NCBI GenBank assembly: GCA_002269645.1
Contig: NIVC01002583.1
Location: 35,031-99,030, forward strand
Length of the DNA stretch: 64,000 bases
Direction: 5' to 3'
DNA from: Macrostomum lignano
Lineage: Eukaryota
Each line of letters opens with the position of its first letter. Position 1 is the first letter of the stretch. Below, one piece after another: positions 11,891 through 25,400 of the stretch. The translations under genes were made by a program, and so were the position numbers. The notes under the pieces were generated by a model, which saw only the letters and a program-made list of their open reading frames with translations, made no database searches and was not told where the DNA came from.

Positions 11891-14191
11891 TCAGGCCAGC
11901 TGGAGCATGAGCCGAATGCTCTTCAGTGCCTCATTGGACCCAGATGTGGCGCCAGTCCAGTAAACTGAATGCATGTCAGTTGAAGCGGTGTCGCGGTAGA
12001 GTCCGTTCGGGTTCGACCTGGAGCAGGCTTTGAACCACCAGCCAGCGTTGCCACGGCTAACAGAGCATGAAGCGGAATGGCCGTCATTGTCGCGATCCAT
12101 TGTCGAGAATTGCATTCCATTGTTATGAGCGAGTGAGTCGCTTGTCATGTTGGAGCTGCTGCTCAGGTAAGAACCGTAATTCATTGTGTAGCTGTTGATG
12201 GCACTGCCCACACTAAATCCAGAGTACTCGCCCACGTACAGGACATCCGACCAGGTCGTGGCCTCAACTCGCAGAGTCTTTGGAGAGCTTCCAGTGAGCT
12301 GGTGGATTTTGTGCAGACCTGAAATGTCCAGATACTTTTTAACATACTTCCAACCGTTCTTTTCATCCGTATGTGATCTCTCCTTGATTTACAGACATCT
12401 GAGATATGCATTCGTATTCTCAATGAGAAATTTAGTACCCAAACGATTTATGTAAGTTGTAATAAACGTCAAAATCTAAGTTAGCCCAGACTCTGTCGTT
12501 TATTAATATGTATTTGATTTTTTAACTTTGTACGTGTGCTTAATCTGTGTGAACCCTCACCCTAAAGACACGGAAAATCCTGGCTCCTGGTTTGAGTCCC
12601 GTTCGTTAGCAACTGTCCATGCATGTCTCACCAGTCCAGAAGTCGGTGTCGTCACTGAAGCCGCGCACATACTCGACCCAGCCCCGGGCAAAGCTCAGGC
12701 AGCCCTTCGATCGGTGCTGGATGACTTGGAAAGTTCGGCCGTCAGCCTGGACAAGTCGGACTGGAAAGAAGCACAAGATTGACCACAAGCTTTCAGACAG
12801 GGGCGTCTTGAAACTCAGCATTTTAATTAAAGGAATTGAATATGACGCTACTCTCGTATGCGATGCTTGCCTTTAATTAACTAAATACGCTTTCCGAAAA
12901 TACAATTTCGGAATTATAGAGGGTTCATATTGCGGATTCCAAACCATCTGATCCAGTCGGTTTCGAACTTTTTATTTTTGTTCTTCTGTGATTCTGCTTA
13001 TGCGTTGTTAAGGAAAGCTGCAACGAAGTTGTTATGGATTTAACAGGTGCCGATCTTCTCACTAGGAATCATTAAATCAAAAGATGGCCTTTACATATCC
13101 CTACCCGTTTCTTCTGTTTCTGTAATCTGAATTATTCTGCTTCAGGGTTTCCACTTTGAGTTGGAATAGTACGCTGAAGTACGCTGAAATAAATTAGATT
13201 CTTACACCGCACTTTTGAAATTCTTTGTTTTTGAAAGAATGCTCGTCTACACTACAGTGAATGAACGTGAGTTCGAGAAGCATTTCAAGAGAAGCAGTGA
13301 CCACAGCGATGCTTTTTATTCTTTAGAGGCAGGGGCTATGTGCACCTTGGTGCACTTAAAAGACATTGTCACACAACGGGCGAGAGGCATTACTATTCCT
13401 GGATACGTTCGCAGTCATACGCATCTAGGCACACACTCCCACAGCGGCCCTAACTTTATTAATCATGTACGAGTACACTTCACTGTGCCTTGGGGGTTGG
13501 CCCTCAAAGGCGATAATTTCACGAGCAGAGCCAAGCCGAGATTCCAATTTAGCCCCAACTTAATGTGACTGCACTTGGAATCGAGCCCGGACCGCGGGTA
13601 CATCAGAGCGCCATCTGGACTACTAGGCTACGCCCCCCCCCAACGAATCTTGACTACAACAACGATGTTGTCAAGAGTCGCAGAAATGCAAGGATTTTTA
13701 AATTGCGTTGGACCAACACGAGGCAATAAGCGGTGTCGGATAAAATTAGCCATATTGGTCAGTGACTTCACCAGCGCACTTACACGTGCCTGCATCGGGG
13801 CGTCGCTTGTCCTTTCGATAGACAGAGCCTCCAGGAACGAGGCTAGAAAAGTCAGCATTGCCCTCGGCCGAGAAGATGCAAGTCTTCGTCTCGGACACGA
13901 AGGCGGCAGCGGAGCAGCACCGGACAAACTGCAGCTCGCATTTCAGTGCGCACTCCGCGCCGCTGCCACCAGCCGCTGATGCCATCGAAGCAGTTGTCGT
14001 TCGCTGAGGTTCGTCGATTGAAAAAACTGAAAATAGATGTAAGAGCTAGATCAGTCTGATTCACTAAAGAGTGGCTCTGACTGAGCCGCGTGTGTGAAAT
14101 ACTACAGACCAGTTTCGGAGACCACTGGCGTCCAAAGCAGAGACCCGGAGCAAAGGCTAGCAACGGCAATGCTCAGAAGAATGACAGACAT
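11891..14191 (-). CDS. Secreted PAN/apple + fibrinogen-related domain (FReD) protein; exons 14110-14191, 13784-14026, 12632-12760, 11891-12318
   Basis: Signal peptide MSVILLSIAVASLCSG and PAN motif ECALKCELQFVRCCSAAAF. FReD motifs VIQHRSKG..F.RGW.EY..GF...DFWTGLHKIHQLT, FSTMDRDND and GWWFKACSRSNPNG are present. All three introns are phase 1 and keep the frame open. Confidence 0.9.
13325..13630 (-). mobile_element. tRNA-derived SINE (family copy 1), in intron of the PAN-FReD gene
   Basis: The minus strand starts GTAGCCTAGTAG (A-box-like) and later has GGGCTCGATTCC (B-box-like). The body is shared with 32640-32960 and the split copy at 22460-25670. Confidence 0.75.
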
Positions 14192-15345
14192 GCTGCAGAG
14201 TGAATTTCTAACAAAAAGCAAGTATTGAGCATGCAAGCAAGAAAGTATATCTTACTTTTGGGTATAGCTCCTTTTTATTCGTTTTAGAACCTTTTCCTGC
14301 CTTGCTTAGACCGAGAAAAGCTTCTCTTGTTGTTTTCACGTTGCCATGGAAGATGGAGGCGAATAAACAGGAGTTGGATGGAAGTAATTGACTGTCTCTC
14401 AAACCGGAACTTTTTCTCTTCCTCTAAAAAAGTTGTCTTTTGCCTGAATGGTTTGCTTTTACTTTGGTATATCGATCTCTGCTGGCAAACTCTGCTTTCT
14501 CGCATTGACGCGCTGAAAGAAGGCAGTTGCCAGGCAAATCGAGAGTTTGACTGACGCGTGCCGAATGCATTAGAAATGCAGCCGACTAATGGGAGTAAGA
14601 GAGCTTTTCGCAGGCGGCGTCAACAGCGGCTGGGTTTCTCATCGCCCTAAAAGACGTTTATTGTGTACGTGGGTATCGCTTCATCCAGGGTTGTCGTTGC
14701 TTTTCGGAGTCCTTAAACGCTTAAAATAACGCATCAAAAGCATTTTTTAAAGAGAGAAAAGCGAGCTAAGACTATTATTTCGTTGGTAGCTGGGTTACAA
14801 TTATTCCTAAATTGTGGCTAATTGAAACACTGCAGATATAAAAGAGTGCAAGAGTTGCAAAGTCAGTTTAATGTAAGTATATGATGACCGGCAATTCCAA
14901 GAAAAGCTTTAGTTGTTCCTATTCTTGGTGTAGTTAGTCAAAACCTACAGGTAGTCTATTCAAAATTTTAAATTTCTTTTTTGTTGCTTACTTCCTTAAC
15001 AGAGGCCGAAAATGGCTAGTCCACTATACTAAAATGAATTGTCGGTATCTAGGGGTATGCGATATGATTGATTTTCAGAATTAATGCGGCTCAACCGTTT
15101 TTCGGGAAATTTGCACCGCTCGATCGGAAATATTTCGTGAAAATGACCAGTTTTTTATTAAAACTTTCACTTCCACTTGAGTATAAAGCTTAATATCGTA
15201 ATAAATTCGTTATACTACTCAACTAGTACACTTATTTACACAATGATCTATAAATTGTAAGCCCAAAATTTCTAATTATTTCTCGAAAATCAATAAAAAA
15301 TATATTAAACTACGCGAAATCATTTATCTATGTATACATATTTTT

Positions 15346-15366
15346 ATCTATCTATCTATCTATCTA

Positions 15367-15462
<96 letters not shown>

Positions 15463-15470
15463 GATCTATC
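15346..15470. repeat. (TATC)n microsatellite
   Basis: Direct observation. Confidence 0.97.
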
Positions 15471-16483
15471 TGTTTGGCTGTGCTATAATTGCTGTTGTGA
15501 AAAAAATTAAAATATTAGACCCTATTTGATAGTAATATCTTGGTCGCATTTCATCTCTTTGGAATCGGTGTCACTGAGTATGCTAGTCGCTTTTGTGGAA
15601 AAATTAAAATTTTCTCCTGTCATTGTGAAATCATACATGAAATGATGGCTTCATCGCCTTCTACAATTTAATATTAGCCATTTGAAATGATTGCATAAAT
15701 CCGAAAAAAAACTATACGAATAGGTCACTTAAACAAACAAACCGCTGCATTATACAGCGTGGTGACAAAAATATGTAAAAAGCGATCCAATAATTATTTA
15801 GAATAAAAAATATTAAAAAATTTTTTGTGAATGCTCGACAAATGTGACTAAATTATTTTTCGAAATTTAAATATCTACTTCAGGGTGCTCACACTCGAGA
15901 TTTCTGAAAAAAACTTTGCAGTTGTTTAAATAATTCCGTAAAAATCTCTTAAATAATTGCAAAAAAGCTTTAATATAGCAATCAAGCAAATTACTTCTGC
16001 CTTCGGATCAGTCAAACAGGTCTGTGTCCCGTTCATATGTAATAAATGTTCTTCGATCATTTACACATGTAGGTTAATTGACGGAGACTTGATTTGTATG
16101 CTATATACTTTGTATAAAAAAGCAATTTTTTATACGAGTATTTAAGACTTTTTCTCAAGCAATCTCAACTGACAATACGAGCTAAGAAATTATGATAGTT
16201 GAAAAACCAATTTTTAATGAAATTTTTACACTTTGTTGCTTGCTCATGGTTTGTTTATCTACGTTGACTGGCAACTTACTATAAGACAGTTGATTATTTG
16301 AAAAGACAAAAAATTTTCCTGAAAGTCGTTTTTTAAATTTAGTGAGAAACATTCATACACATGCATTATTTGCACTGCGGGTTGGAATTTGACGCTTTTG
16401 TCTACCGACGCCGTGCCAGCTTTTGTGGTTTTAAATTGCTGAGTATAAAACTTTAGGACTACGATCTCTGAAGGCCTACATTA

Positions 16484-17053
16484 ATGCCGCGTCTTTCATG
16501 CTCCTTCAGCAGCTCTCCCAACCCAATGTCTTCCGAAGCACCTGGAAACTCTGCCTGGAACGCCAGCAGGCACAAGAAGGGCATCTTGAAGACGCAGTTT
16601 GTCGGAGAAACCGCCGCCGCACTTCAGGGCGGCCAGTCGCCAGCCACGCTCCAGGCTCCGGACCCGGACTGGCCGGGTCCGACATCGCAGCAACACCGGC
16701 GCACCAGCTTCAGCGATATCGCCGTGGTTGCCGTCACGGACGCTGCCGATGCCGACCCTGCAGACGGCGGCAGCAGCAGCAGCAGCGGCGGCGACCCGCT
16801 CCCCGCGCCGGTGGTTCTTCAGCGGCAGCGGATGGACGATCCGCAGCACGACGCCGACATCGACGAGGAAGCGGCCGGACTCACCGAGGAGGAGCGGCAG
16901 CGCAGGCGGGAGTTCCTGGAGAAGCGGAGGCGGCACTGCCACCAGTACCAGGCCGCGGCGCTCCTGCAGGCCGCTGCCCGAGCCTCAGAGGAGGACGCCG
17001 CTGAGTCCGTCGAGATTGCTGATCGGGCAGCAGCGGGCGATCAGGAAAAGTGA
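16484..17053 (+). CDS. Protein phosphatase 1 inhibitor-2 (IPP-2/PPP1R2)-like protein, intronless and divergent
   Basis: N-terminal KKGILK (SILK-type) motif. The acidic stretch followed by EEERQRRREFLEKRRRHCHQY aligns with the I-2 helix EEREKKRQFEMKRKLHYNE. It is a GC-rich single ORF. Confidence 0.7.
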   Translation: MPRLSCSFSSSPNPMSSEAPGNSAWNASRHKKGILKTQFVGETAAALQGGQSPATLQAPDPDWPGPTSQQHRRTSFSDIAVVAVTDAADADPADGGSSSSSGGDPLPAPVVLQRQRMDDPQHDADIDEEAAGLTEEERQRRREFLEKRRRHCHQYQAAALLQAAARASEEDAAESVEIADRAAAGDQEK

Positions 17054-17334
17054 ACTCATGTCAAGTTGACACTTTTAAATGGATTTTTGGATAATTTGTT
17101 CGATAGACACAAAACTAAACTGCTTTTTTGCCCACACAGAGTAACGTGAGGATTTCTATCATTTGATATAAGCTGATGCTTGTTTTCTGTTTGTGATAGT
17201 CTTGGGCACAGAAATTCATAGGAGAGTATAGGAGATAGGAGATAGCGACCTTACACTTGGGCTAAGGGGCTGGGAGCGGGGAGACAGGAAAAGGGGGAGA
17301 TTAATCAAGGATAAAGACGAAGATATCTCAGATG

Positions 17335-18230
17335 AGACAGATCAGGGGTATAGAGGAGAGGGAGGGTAAGACAGATCAGGGGTAGAGGGGAGAGGGAGGG
17401 TGAGACAGATGAGGGTATAGAGGAGAGAGAGGGTAAAGCAGATGAGGGTAGAGAGGAGAGAGAGGGTGAAGTAGATGAGGGGTAGAGAGGAGAGAGAGAG
17501 GGTGAAGCAGATGAGGGGTAGAGAGGAGAGAGAGGGTGAAGCAGATGAGGGGTAGAGAGGAGAGAGAGAGGGTGAAGTAGATCAGGGGTAGAGAGGAGAG
17601 AGAGGGTGAAGCAGATGAGGGGTAGAGAGGAGAGAGAGAGGGTGAAGTAGATCAGGGGTAGAGAGGAGAGAGAGAGGGTGAAGTAGATCAGGGGTAGAGA
17701 GGAGAGAGAGGGTGAAGCAGATGAGGGGTAGAGAGGAGAGAGAGAGGGTGAAGCAGATCAGGGGTAGAGAGGAGAGAGAGGGTGAAGCAGATGAGGGGTA
17801 GAGAGGAGAGAGAGGGGTGAAGTAGATCAGGGGTAGAGAGGAGAGAGAGGGTGAAGCAGATCAGGGGTAGAGAGGAGAGAGAGGGTGAAGCAGATGAGGG
17901 GTAGAGAGGAGAGAGAGAGGGTGAAGCAGATCAGGGGTAGAGAGGAGAGAGAGGGTGAAGCAGATGAGGGGTAGAGAGGAGAGAGAGAGGGTGAAGTAGA
18001 TCAGGGGTAGAGAGGAGAGAGAGAGGGTGAAGCAGATCAGGGGTAGAGAGGAGAGAGAGGGTGAAGCAGATAGGGGTAGAGAGGTGAAGCAGATCAGGAG
18101 AGAGGAGAGAGAGGGTGAGACAGATCAAGAGTAGAGGGAAGGAGAGGGAGAATGAGACAGACCAGGAGTAGAGGGAAGGAGAGGGAGAATGAGACAGACC
18201 AGGAGTAGAGGGAAGGAGAGGGAGGGTGAG
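17335..18230. repeat. Purine-rich minisatellite, ~32-34 bp unit (GAGGGTGAAGCAGATGAGGGGTAGAGAGGAGAGA)
   Basis: Direct tandem copies with variable (GA)n. Confidence 0.95.
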
Positions 18231-19069
18231 CCGGCAATAGAGTCTAACCGGCAGTAGACCAGAGCAGATTGTGGTCAGAGCTCAGCTCAAAGCGATCTGT
18301 TTGCTTTGTGCAGCGCCTAGAATTCGAGTATTTCAATCACTTTTTATGGCTATTCGGGCTGAAATCCCACAGGAGATTCCCTATAGTTAGCCTAAGCCTT
18401 CTCACTTACAGGAGCTTAATTAGTAATCCTGCTTGTAGACTTGCCTTTAGCCGACAGAAGTCAGAGTGTTTAGGATTCGATCCCCGAGGGTGAGCGCTGC
18501 GGCTTCCCTTAGCCGAAAATTGTTGCCGCTGCTGTTGTCAAATTGGAGCTCAGCAAGTCCCGAATATCCCCATCCGATATTCCAGCATGAAGTTGAAAAA
18601 CTCGCATCTTATCTTGAGCTCATGAGATCTGCAACACTCTCTGATGCGCTACCCAGCTTGCTGTAAAGTGGAAAAAGCAAGCGAAAAAAATGAGCTGCAC
18701 GCGGCTCTGATGGTGAATCCGCGGCTCCCATGGGGGTGGCAGCCGGAGTGAGCAGGAGCCACCAAGATCATAAATTTGCCAATCCAGTAAAAATCCAGTC
18801 TCCATCCTCTTTATTGAAGAAACCGGATCTTGCATCTCAACCCGTCCGGTATGAAATTTCTCGTTTCCAAAGCTCTGGTAGGACTATTAATGCAGACTGA
18901 ACTGTGTCTTGAATAGTATGGTTTCTAACGCGTGGCGGAGAATCGAAACAGATTGAGATAGGTGGATGCTCAACATGTGGAAATTTCTTGTGGGGCAGAG
19001 GCACACGCAGCAAATTCATTTGGAGGTGGCAGCAACTCTGAGGGGGGCGCCGGTACTTGGTGTCTTGAT

Positions 19070-19460
19070 GGGCGCCCCTATCTCCTTGTAGGGCACCCCT
19101 ACATGTATCTACTAGTAGGGCACCCCTATCTACTAGGAGGGCACCCCTATCTACTAGGAGGGCACCCCTATCTTCTAGGTGGGCACCCCTATCTACTAGG
19201 AGGGCACCCCTATCTACTAGGAGGGCACCCCTATCTACTAGGAGGGCACCCCTACATGTATCTACTAGTAGGGCACCCCTATCTACTAGGAGGGCACCCC
19301 TATCTTCTAGGTGGGCACCCCTATCTACTAGGAGGGCACCCCTATCTACCAGGACGGCACCCCTATCTCCTAGGAGGGCACCCCTATCTACTAGGACGGC
19401 ACCCCTATCTACTAGGACGGCACCCCTATCTACTAGGACGGCACCCCTATCTACTTGGTA
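19070..19460. repeat. 21-bp minisatellite GGGCACCCCTATCTACTAGGA
   Basis: About 18 tandem units. Two units carry a 6-bp insertion. Confidence 0.95.
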
Positions 19461-21114
19461 GGCAGGCAATGGGTAGTCGCCATGCATAGGCCGATGACTT
19501 GAACGCCACGTCCACAGGCGGCATAAGTTGAGCTGCTGTGATTCGTCCAGCTTGATTACCTCCTTAGTTTTAGTTTTTCAGAAGCGCAATTTTGCCTGGT
19601 GGTATTTTCTGGGAGCTGGGGGGGGGGGCGGCCCTGGGGTCGGGTTAGGCAAACAAAACTTTTCTATGGCAAAACCCCCAACTCTCGAATATGCATTCGC
19701 GTCCATCCCTTCAGATCATTGATGAGCTCAGCTAATCAATAAACCAATCAAGTCTCTCAGCTTCAGAGGCTTAACCGAATTCGCCATTGACATTGGACAT
19801 TGGACTCCTGAGCCAGTTTATTTTGATTACTCAATAAAATATTCCTGTGTCTGCGGTTCTGCATCGAGTGATACTAAGCAAAGTTACCCCCGCAGCCGAA
19901 ATGAAGCAGCGAACCCTCAAATGAAAGCAACAACAAAAGACGTGACAGGAAAACTAGGCCTAAGCAAGAAGCATCCTTCAGGCGGATGGAGAGACCATAG
20001 CTGATAATAACTGGGATAATGAAGAGGTTGAGCGGACGGAAAGGTTGAAGAACTGCTCACTCATTTGCTGTTGAGAGTCGCTGCATGGGAGCTTTGCTCT
20101 TTCATTCCCCCGGCTCATCCCATATTTCCTTACTTGTCCGCCTGCTCAGAACTCATTCCCCACAAAGTTGCAATTGTTGCTAGTGAATGACAGACAGGCT
20201 CCAAAGGAAGACTTAAAGGGAGGCCGACAGTCAAAGAGGGCTCCTTGAAGCAAAAGAAGTGCTTTTTGGCAAAACTCTTTGAAAGTGGCCCTGTGGGTTC
20301 ACGAGGTTCCGATTTTTAGCTGATACTACATCTTTTTTTAAAATATTCATTCGCCGTAACTGGCTATTGAGTTGAGCATATATGTGTAATACTCTTATGT
20401 ACTTTTCCGAGCTTTGATTTTCAAATACATTACGTGTACCTGATACACTTTTCTTATTTGTCATCGGCAGAGATACTGAATAAAAAATATCACGTACATT
20501 TAGCTACTGCATGTATAGACAGAGCCAGATCCATACTTTCATGCGCAATTTGTGTTTTTCAGTAGGAGCTCTATAAAGCACGTTTGTATGATTCTGTCGA
20601 AGCGAATAAATCATTAAACAGAACTTTCTTGAAAAGCGTACACGTTTAGCAACAGGGTGCCGAGTTTCATAAGAATCGTAAAAAATACAAGATCAATAAT
20701 ATAGTATCGAATAATTTGCTCTAAACCATGCACAGACACAGAGTGCGCATAATTATTAATTGATACAATGGTGTCGGGAAATTTTTAGATCCTTTGTATA
20801 AGTATATTGTTTAGAATTAGGAACATGTACTTTACTTAAAATGATTCCCCAAAGGTAATATACACTGAAGTCGTACCTGTTCTTGTTTGATGTATGATTG
20901 TGGCATTCTTTTAAAAAACGATTTATGCTAAGTATGTTTATCATAGAATTTAGCAATTCACTTATAAATAAACTATATGCATGATGACGGCTTTTTTCGG
21001 CAGCAATTTGCACTAAGTTGAAGCCGCGTAGTATTGCTACAATGTAGATAAGATTCAAATGGGGATGCCACTAATGCGTCTACTCTCTTTCTCTATAGAT
21101 CTGTCAATTCAGGC

Positions 21115-21291
21115 CAGGCGCGGATCCAGAAAATTTTTTTTGAGGGCAAGCTTTACCAAGCACTACAACCTAATATTGGAAAATAGACCTGGCATAGTTG
21201 CAGGCCAAAAAGTATGGCCTAAATTTTATTGGCCGCGGGTGAGGGGGAGTATGGCTCCTTTGGCCGCTCTCAGCTCTGGATCCGCGCCCCT
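21115..21291. mobile_element. Short MITE-like element
   Basis: GGCGCGGATCCAG at the left end and CTGGATCCGCGCC at the right end. ATTCAGGCC occurs on both flanks. Confidence 0.5.
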
Positions 21292-22459
21292 AGGATTCAG
21301 GCCTATTTTGAAAAATTCAGGAATATAACCCTAAAAACTCCTGATTTTTATCGAGTCATAAGATTTTGTACCGTGTTTCGTGTTTCAGAGTATAACGCGG
21401 TAATTTTACCTGGGTGAATTTTATTTTTAACCGCATTCGCGATAACAAAAATTTGAACTTTTTGACATTTGAACATTTGAACATTTTTTAACAAATACTA
21501 TACCTATAACTATAAAAATACCTTATAATCAAATAGCAGAATCGATGAGTGTGGTAAAATTGAAAAGTTAGGAGATTTTCACTAAAATAAATGAACTTTA
21601 AAGCCTTCCAATTTTATCATCAAGTTTTGTTGCCACATAATATTATTTCAAATCCGATCTTATAAACTGTTTACAATTGAGATTTGAGGGTCCAGGGTCC
21701 AAAGTATACTTCCGGATTAAGAAAATCTTTCGAGGGCAGGGAAACCTATATTAAGCATTTTCAAAATCAGTATCATATAGGTCCAAATGAAACGCGACAA
21801 AAGACATGGCAAAAAAATGGCCTCAGTACTCAGCGGGATGGGGCATGCACCGCCACCACCCTGGATCCACCACCATGGTCACTGGGTATACACATACACA
21901 GGCACAGGCAAAATCTTGATGCAAAAAGAAAGTGCCCCGTTAACTTCTTCATTTAATGCCTTGCTTACGTATCGTAGAAACAATTATTTAAGGAAAGAAT
22001 AGTAAAAATTTTACTATCGCTATTATCATTTGTAGGGACTATAGTCTAGATAGCTTAAAAATTTCGTCCTTTGAGAATACAATCTTTCTCATGGCGAACA
22101 TGACTCATTGCGTTTGATGGTTATTACAAAGTTCAACGATTGAATATTAAAATACAAAATCTTAATGAACCATAAGCAAAGCAAAAAGCTCTCTGCTCTG
22201 CTTAACCTGTCTTAGTATCATTTTTTCTGTAAAAATGTTTCGCACGTATAAATACATTAATATTTCATTTATATAGTTATATATTTTTCGTGTAAAAGTC
22301 TAACTTCTATAGGTTCATAGAAATTATTAAAAACGTATTCTTTAATTTTCCTAAAAATCAAAAATTTTCAAAAACCAATTAAAATGATTTGCTAAAGCTA
22401 AAAGGTCTATTTTAGTATAAGCATAAGTTCTTGCGATAGCAATGTCTATTGTTTGTTAT

Positions 22460-25400
22460 TAGAGGCAGGGACTGTGCACTTTGGTGTACTTTAAGCAGCA
22501 TTGTCTCACAACTAGCAAGAGACATTCTGTCTAGTCTATTCTGCTAGCTCCTCTATGGCTAAATAAATAGACACACAGGCATATAGATATCATATGCTGG
22601 GTTTTTTTTTTCGCCAGAGATAAGGTGCGAAATCGCACCTTGTGCCAAATTTCAAGGTGCGATTTTAAGGCTCAGAGTGCAATTTCTCTTGAGTCTTGTT
22701 TAGAATGTGAGGGTTTCACAAGAGATATTCAGACAGACATTCGAAACGATCGTCTGTAACTTTAAACAAAATTGACCCGCTTCAACCATCTTTTTGGCAA
22801 ATACTTACGCAAGTGTTGGGCGTCAAATAAGCTTTAATTTATTAACTGAAGTAAAAATCCTTCTGACATACATTGATTTAAAAATTGCTTAGCAACACTA
22901 GCTCTGATTAGAAATCGCTTTACTATTGACTAAAATTGTTTTGATCGTAGCAGCCTAAAAGCAGATACTGGATTTAAAAATGCTTCGATTTACTCTATAC
23001 GCATGTCTCAGCTTTAAAATGACACCTCAGGCATCGCAAAAGACAGCTTTGATGCTGAGATATTCGACACTAAACATGCATTGCTTTGCGCAATCTCACA
23101 TTCAGAGATTTCACTGATTTTTTGTCGATATTTGTGCAGCTGCCGTGTCCTTGTTTTTCATCAGAATCTTGTCAAATTCTAGTCATGTCCAGTTTAAACC
23201 TGGACTTCTCTTAAACTGTCTTAAGTATTTGATTTTTAATGATTCCTGCCTTTATATTGCATAGATTGTACCTGAGTCAGTGAGTCTGTGAGTGTACATT
23301 TGTACATATGGCAACCAATCATGACTTTTTCACCGCTTTGCGGTTCAAATAAATATACGAGTGTACAAGAAACATGTTCCAACTGTTATTGAGAGAAATT
23401 GACGTCGCGTTTATTAACAGTCAGTGGCAATTAATATGAAGCAAATAGTTTATTGTTATGTTTTTACTTTTTTTGCGTGGCAATTCTGCTATCCAAATCG
23501 GAATGAGGTAAGCGGTGGGAATAAAATAAAAAGGAAGAATTTTTTCTACTGTTGTTGCAACCCAATAGCTATATGTACTTCAAACTTTTTAGATTGAACA
23601 GGCGATTTCTAATGTACTGCTAAGCTTTCCAATCCCTACGGACTACAGTAGCAGTTCTTAACTTTTTTTCTGTCTTGACTTCTAGACTCGGAATTCGGAA
23701 CAACCTAAGGAGCCGCATGAAAATATTTAATTGGATAAAGATATTTTCTAAAAACAGCTCAAGTTGTGACACATCTTCTTCTCACCTCAGTCCATCAACT
23801 GCTGCTCCTTCTGAGACCAAAGCGATCGTGAAAGTAAAACAGATCAGTTTAGATCCCATGGCCATGAATACAACCATTTCAATTGTGAACCTGCTTCGCT
23901 TACAAGTACGAGCACTAGCCTTCCATTTGATGCCATTAGCTCACTTAACTCTGAAATAGTTCAAGGACGGTTCCAAATGTTGAGATCTGACGTAGAAGCA
24001 GTCCAATTTGTGGAAATTTATCAACTGGACTCCATGAATCACTCCAATGAAAGGCGGCGAATAGCTGTAGAATGCGTAAACAAGTTTAAGTGAGTCACAA
24101 AAACCCCATTTACTGTAACTACATACACTTGTACGTTAGCAAGGCTCCATGCGATGGTTAATAAATGGAGAAGTAGACAAGCATCTGAACAAATATTGAA
24201 TAAAAATCAGTGAAGTTTCCGAATGTGAGTTTGAGCAAAGCAATGTTTAGTGTCGAATATCTCAGCATCAAAGCTGTCTTTTGCAATGCCTGAGGTGTCA
24301 TTTTAAAGCTGAGACATGCGTATAGACATGACTAGAATTTGACAAGATTCTGATGAAAAACAAGGACATGGCAACTGCACAAATATCGACAAAAAATCAG
24401 TGAAATCTCTGAATGTGAGATTGCGCAAAGCAATGCATGTTTAGTGTCGAACATCTCAGCATCAAAGCTGTCCTCCGCGATGCCTGAGGTGTCATTTTAA
24501 AGCTGAGACATGCGTATAGAGTAAATCGAAGCATTTTTAAATCCAGTATCTGCTTTTAGGCTGCTACGATCAAAACAATTTTAGTCAACAGTAAAGCGAT
24601 TTCTAATCAGAGCTAGTGTTGCTAAGCAATTTTTAAATCAATGTATGTCAGAAGGATTTTTACTTCAGTTAATAAATTAAAGCTTATTTGACGCCCAACA
24701 CTTGCGTAAGTATTTGCCAAAAAGATGGTTGAAGCGGGTCAATTTTGTTTGAAGTTACAGACAATCATTTTGAATGTCTGTCTGAATGGGTCTCCCTAAA
24801 ACACGCCCTGCACCGCCCTGCAGTGCTACACATTAAAACAAATTGGACTATAACTAAAGACACTTCAGAATGCGTTTTCTGTTAAGCTTCAAGTTTTTAT
24901 TAAATTTAGTTTTTTTTACTTTGAAATATAAAATTCGGTGAACAATAAGTGATATTAATAATAATATTAATAAAATAATAATATTATAATTTAATAATGA
25001 AAATGAGAATATAAAAAATAATATTTAAAAAAAAATAAAGATATTTATTCCATTACTATTTTAACTTTTCCTTGCAATCAAATACTGCATTGACAAAAAA
25101 TGTTATAATGTGTAGCGGTTCGGGGCCCGGTGCGGGGCGCGTTTCAGGGAGCCTTTGTCTGAATATCTCTCGTGAAACCCTCACATTGCTCACATTTCAG
25201 ACAACTGGGAATGTATATTTTAATATCTTACATAAGGCTATAGCTATAGGCTATATCGCCTATATGACTTAATAGGATTTAAAGAGTTATTTTGTTTCAT
25301 ATTTTAAAATTTAAGGCAGTGCATAAAAAATAGCTTAAGCATGGTTAAGCCTTTAAAGAAAAATGGTTATAAGACCGCACCTAAACCGCACCTACTTTTT

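Noticed and set aside
13560-13630. A/B-box sequences here and at ~27630 and ~43100 as tRNA genes
   Set aside because: No complete cloverleaf is present, and they continue into repeated SINE-like bodies or are isolated.
23675-24150. Internal ORF of the TIR element as a transposase remnant
   Set aside because: No DDE or zinc-finger motif was recognisable in the frames I read.
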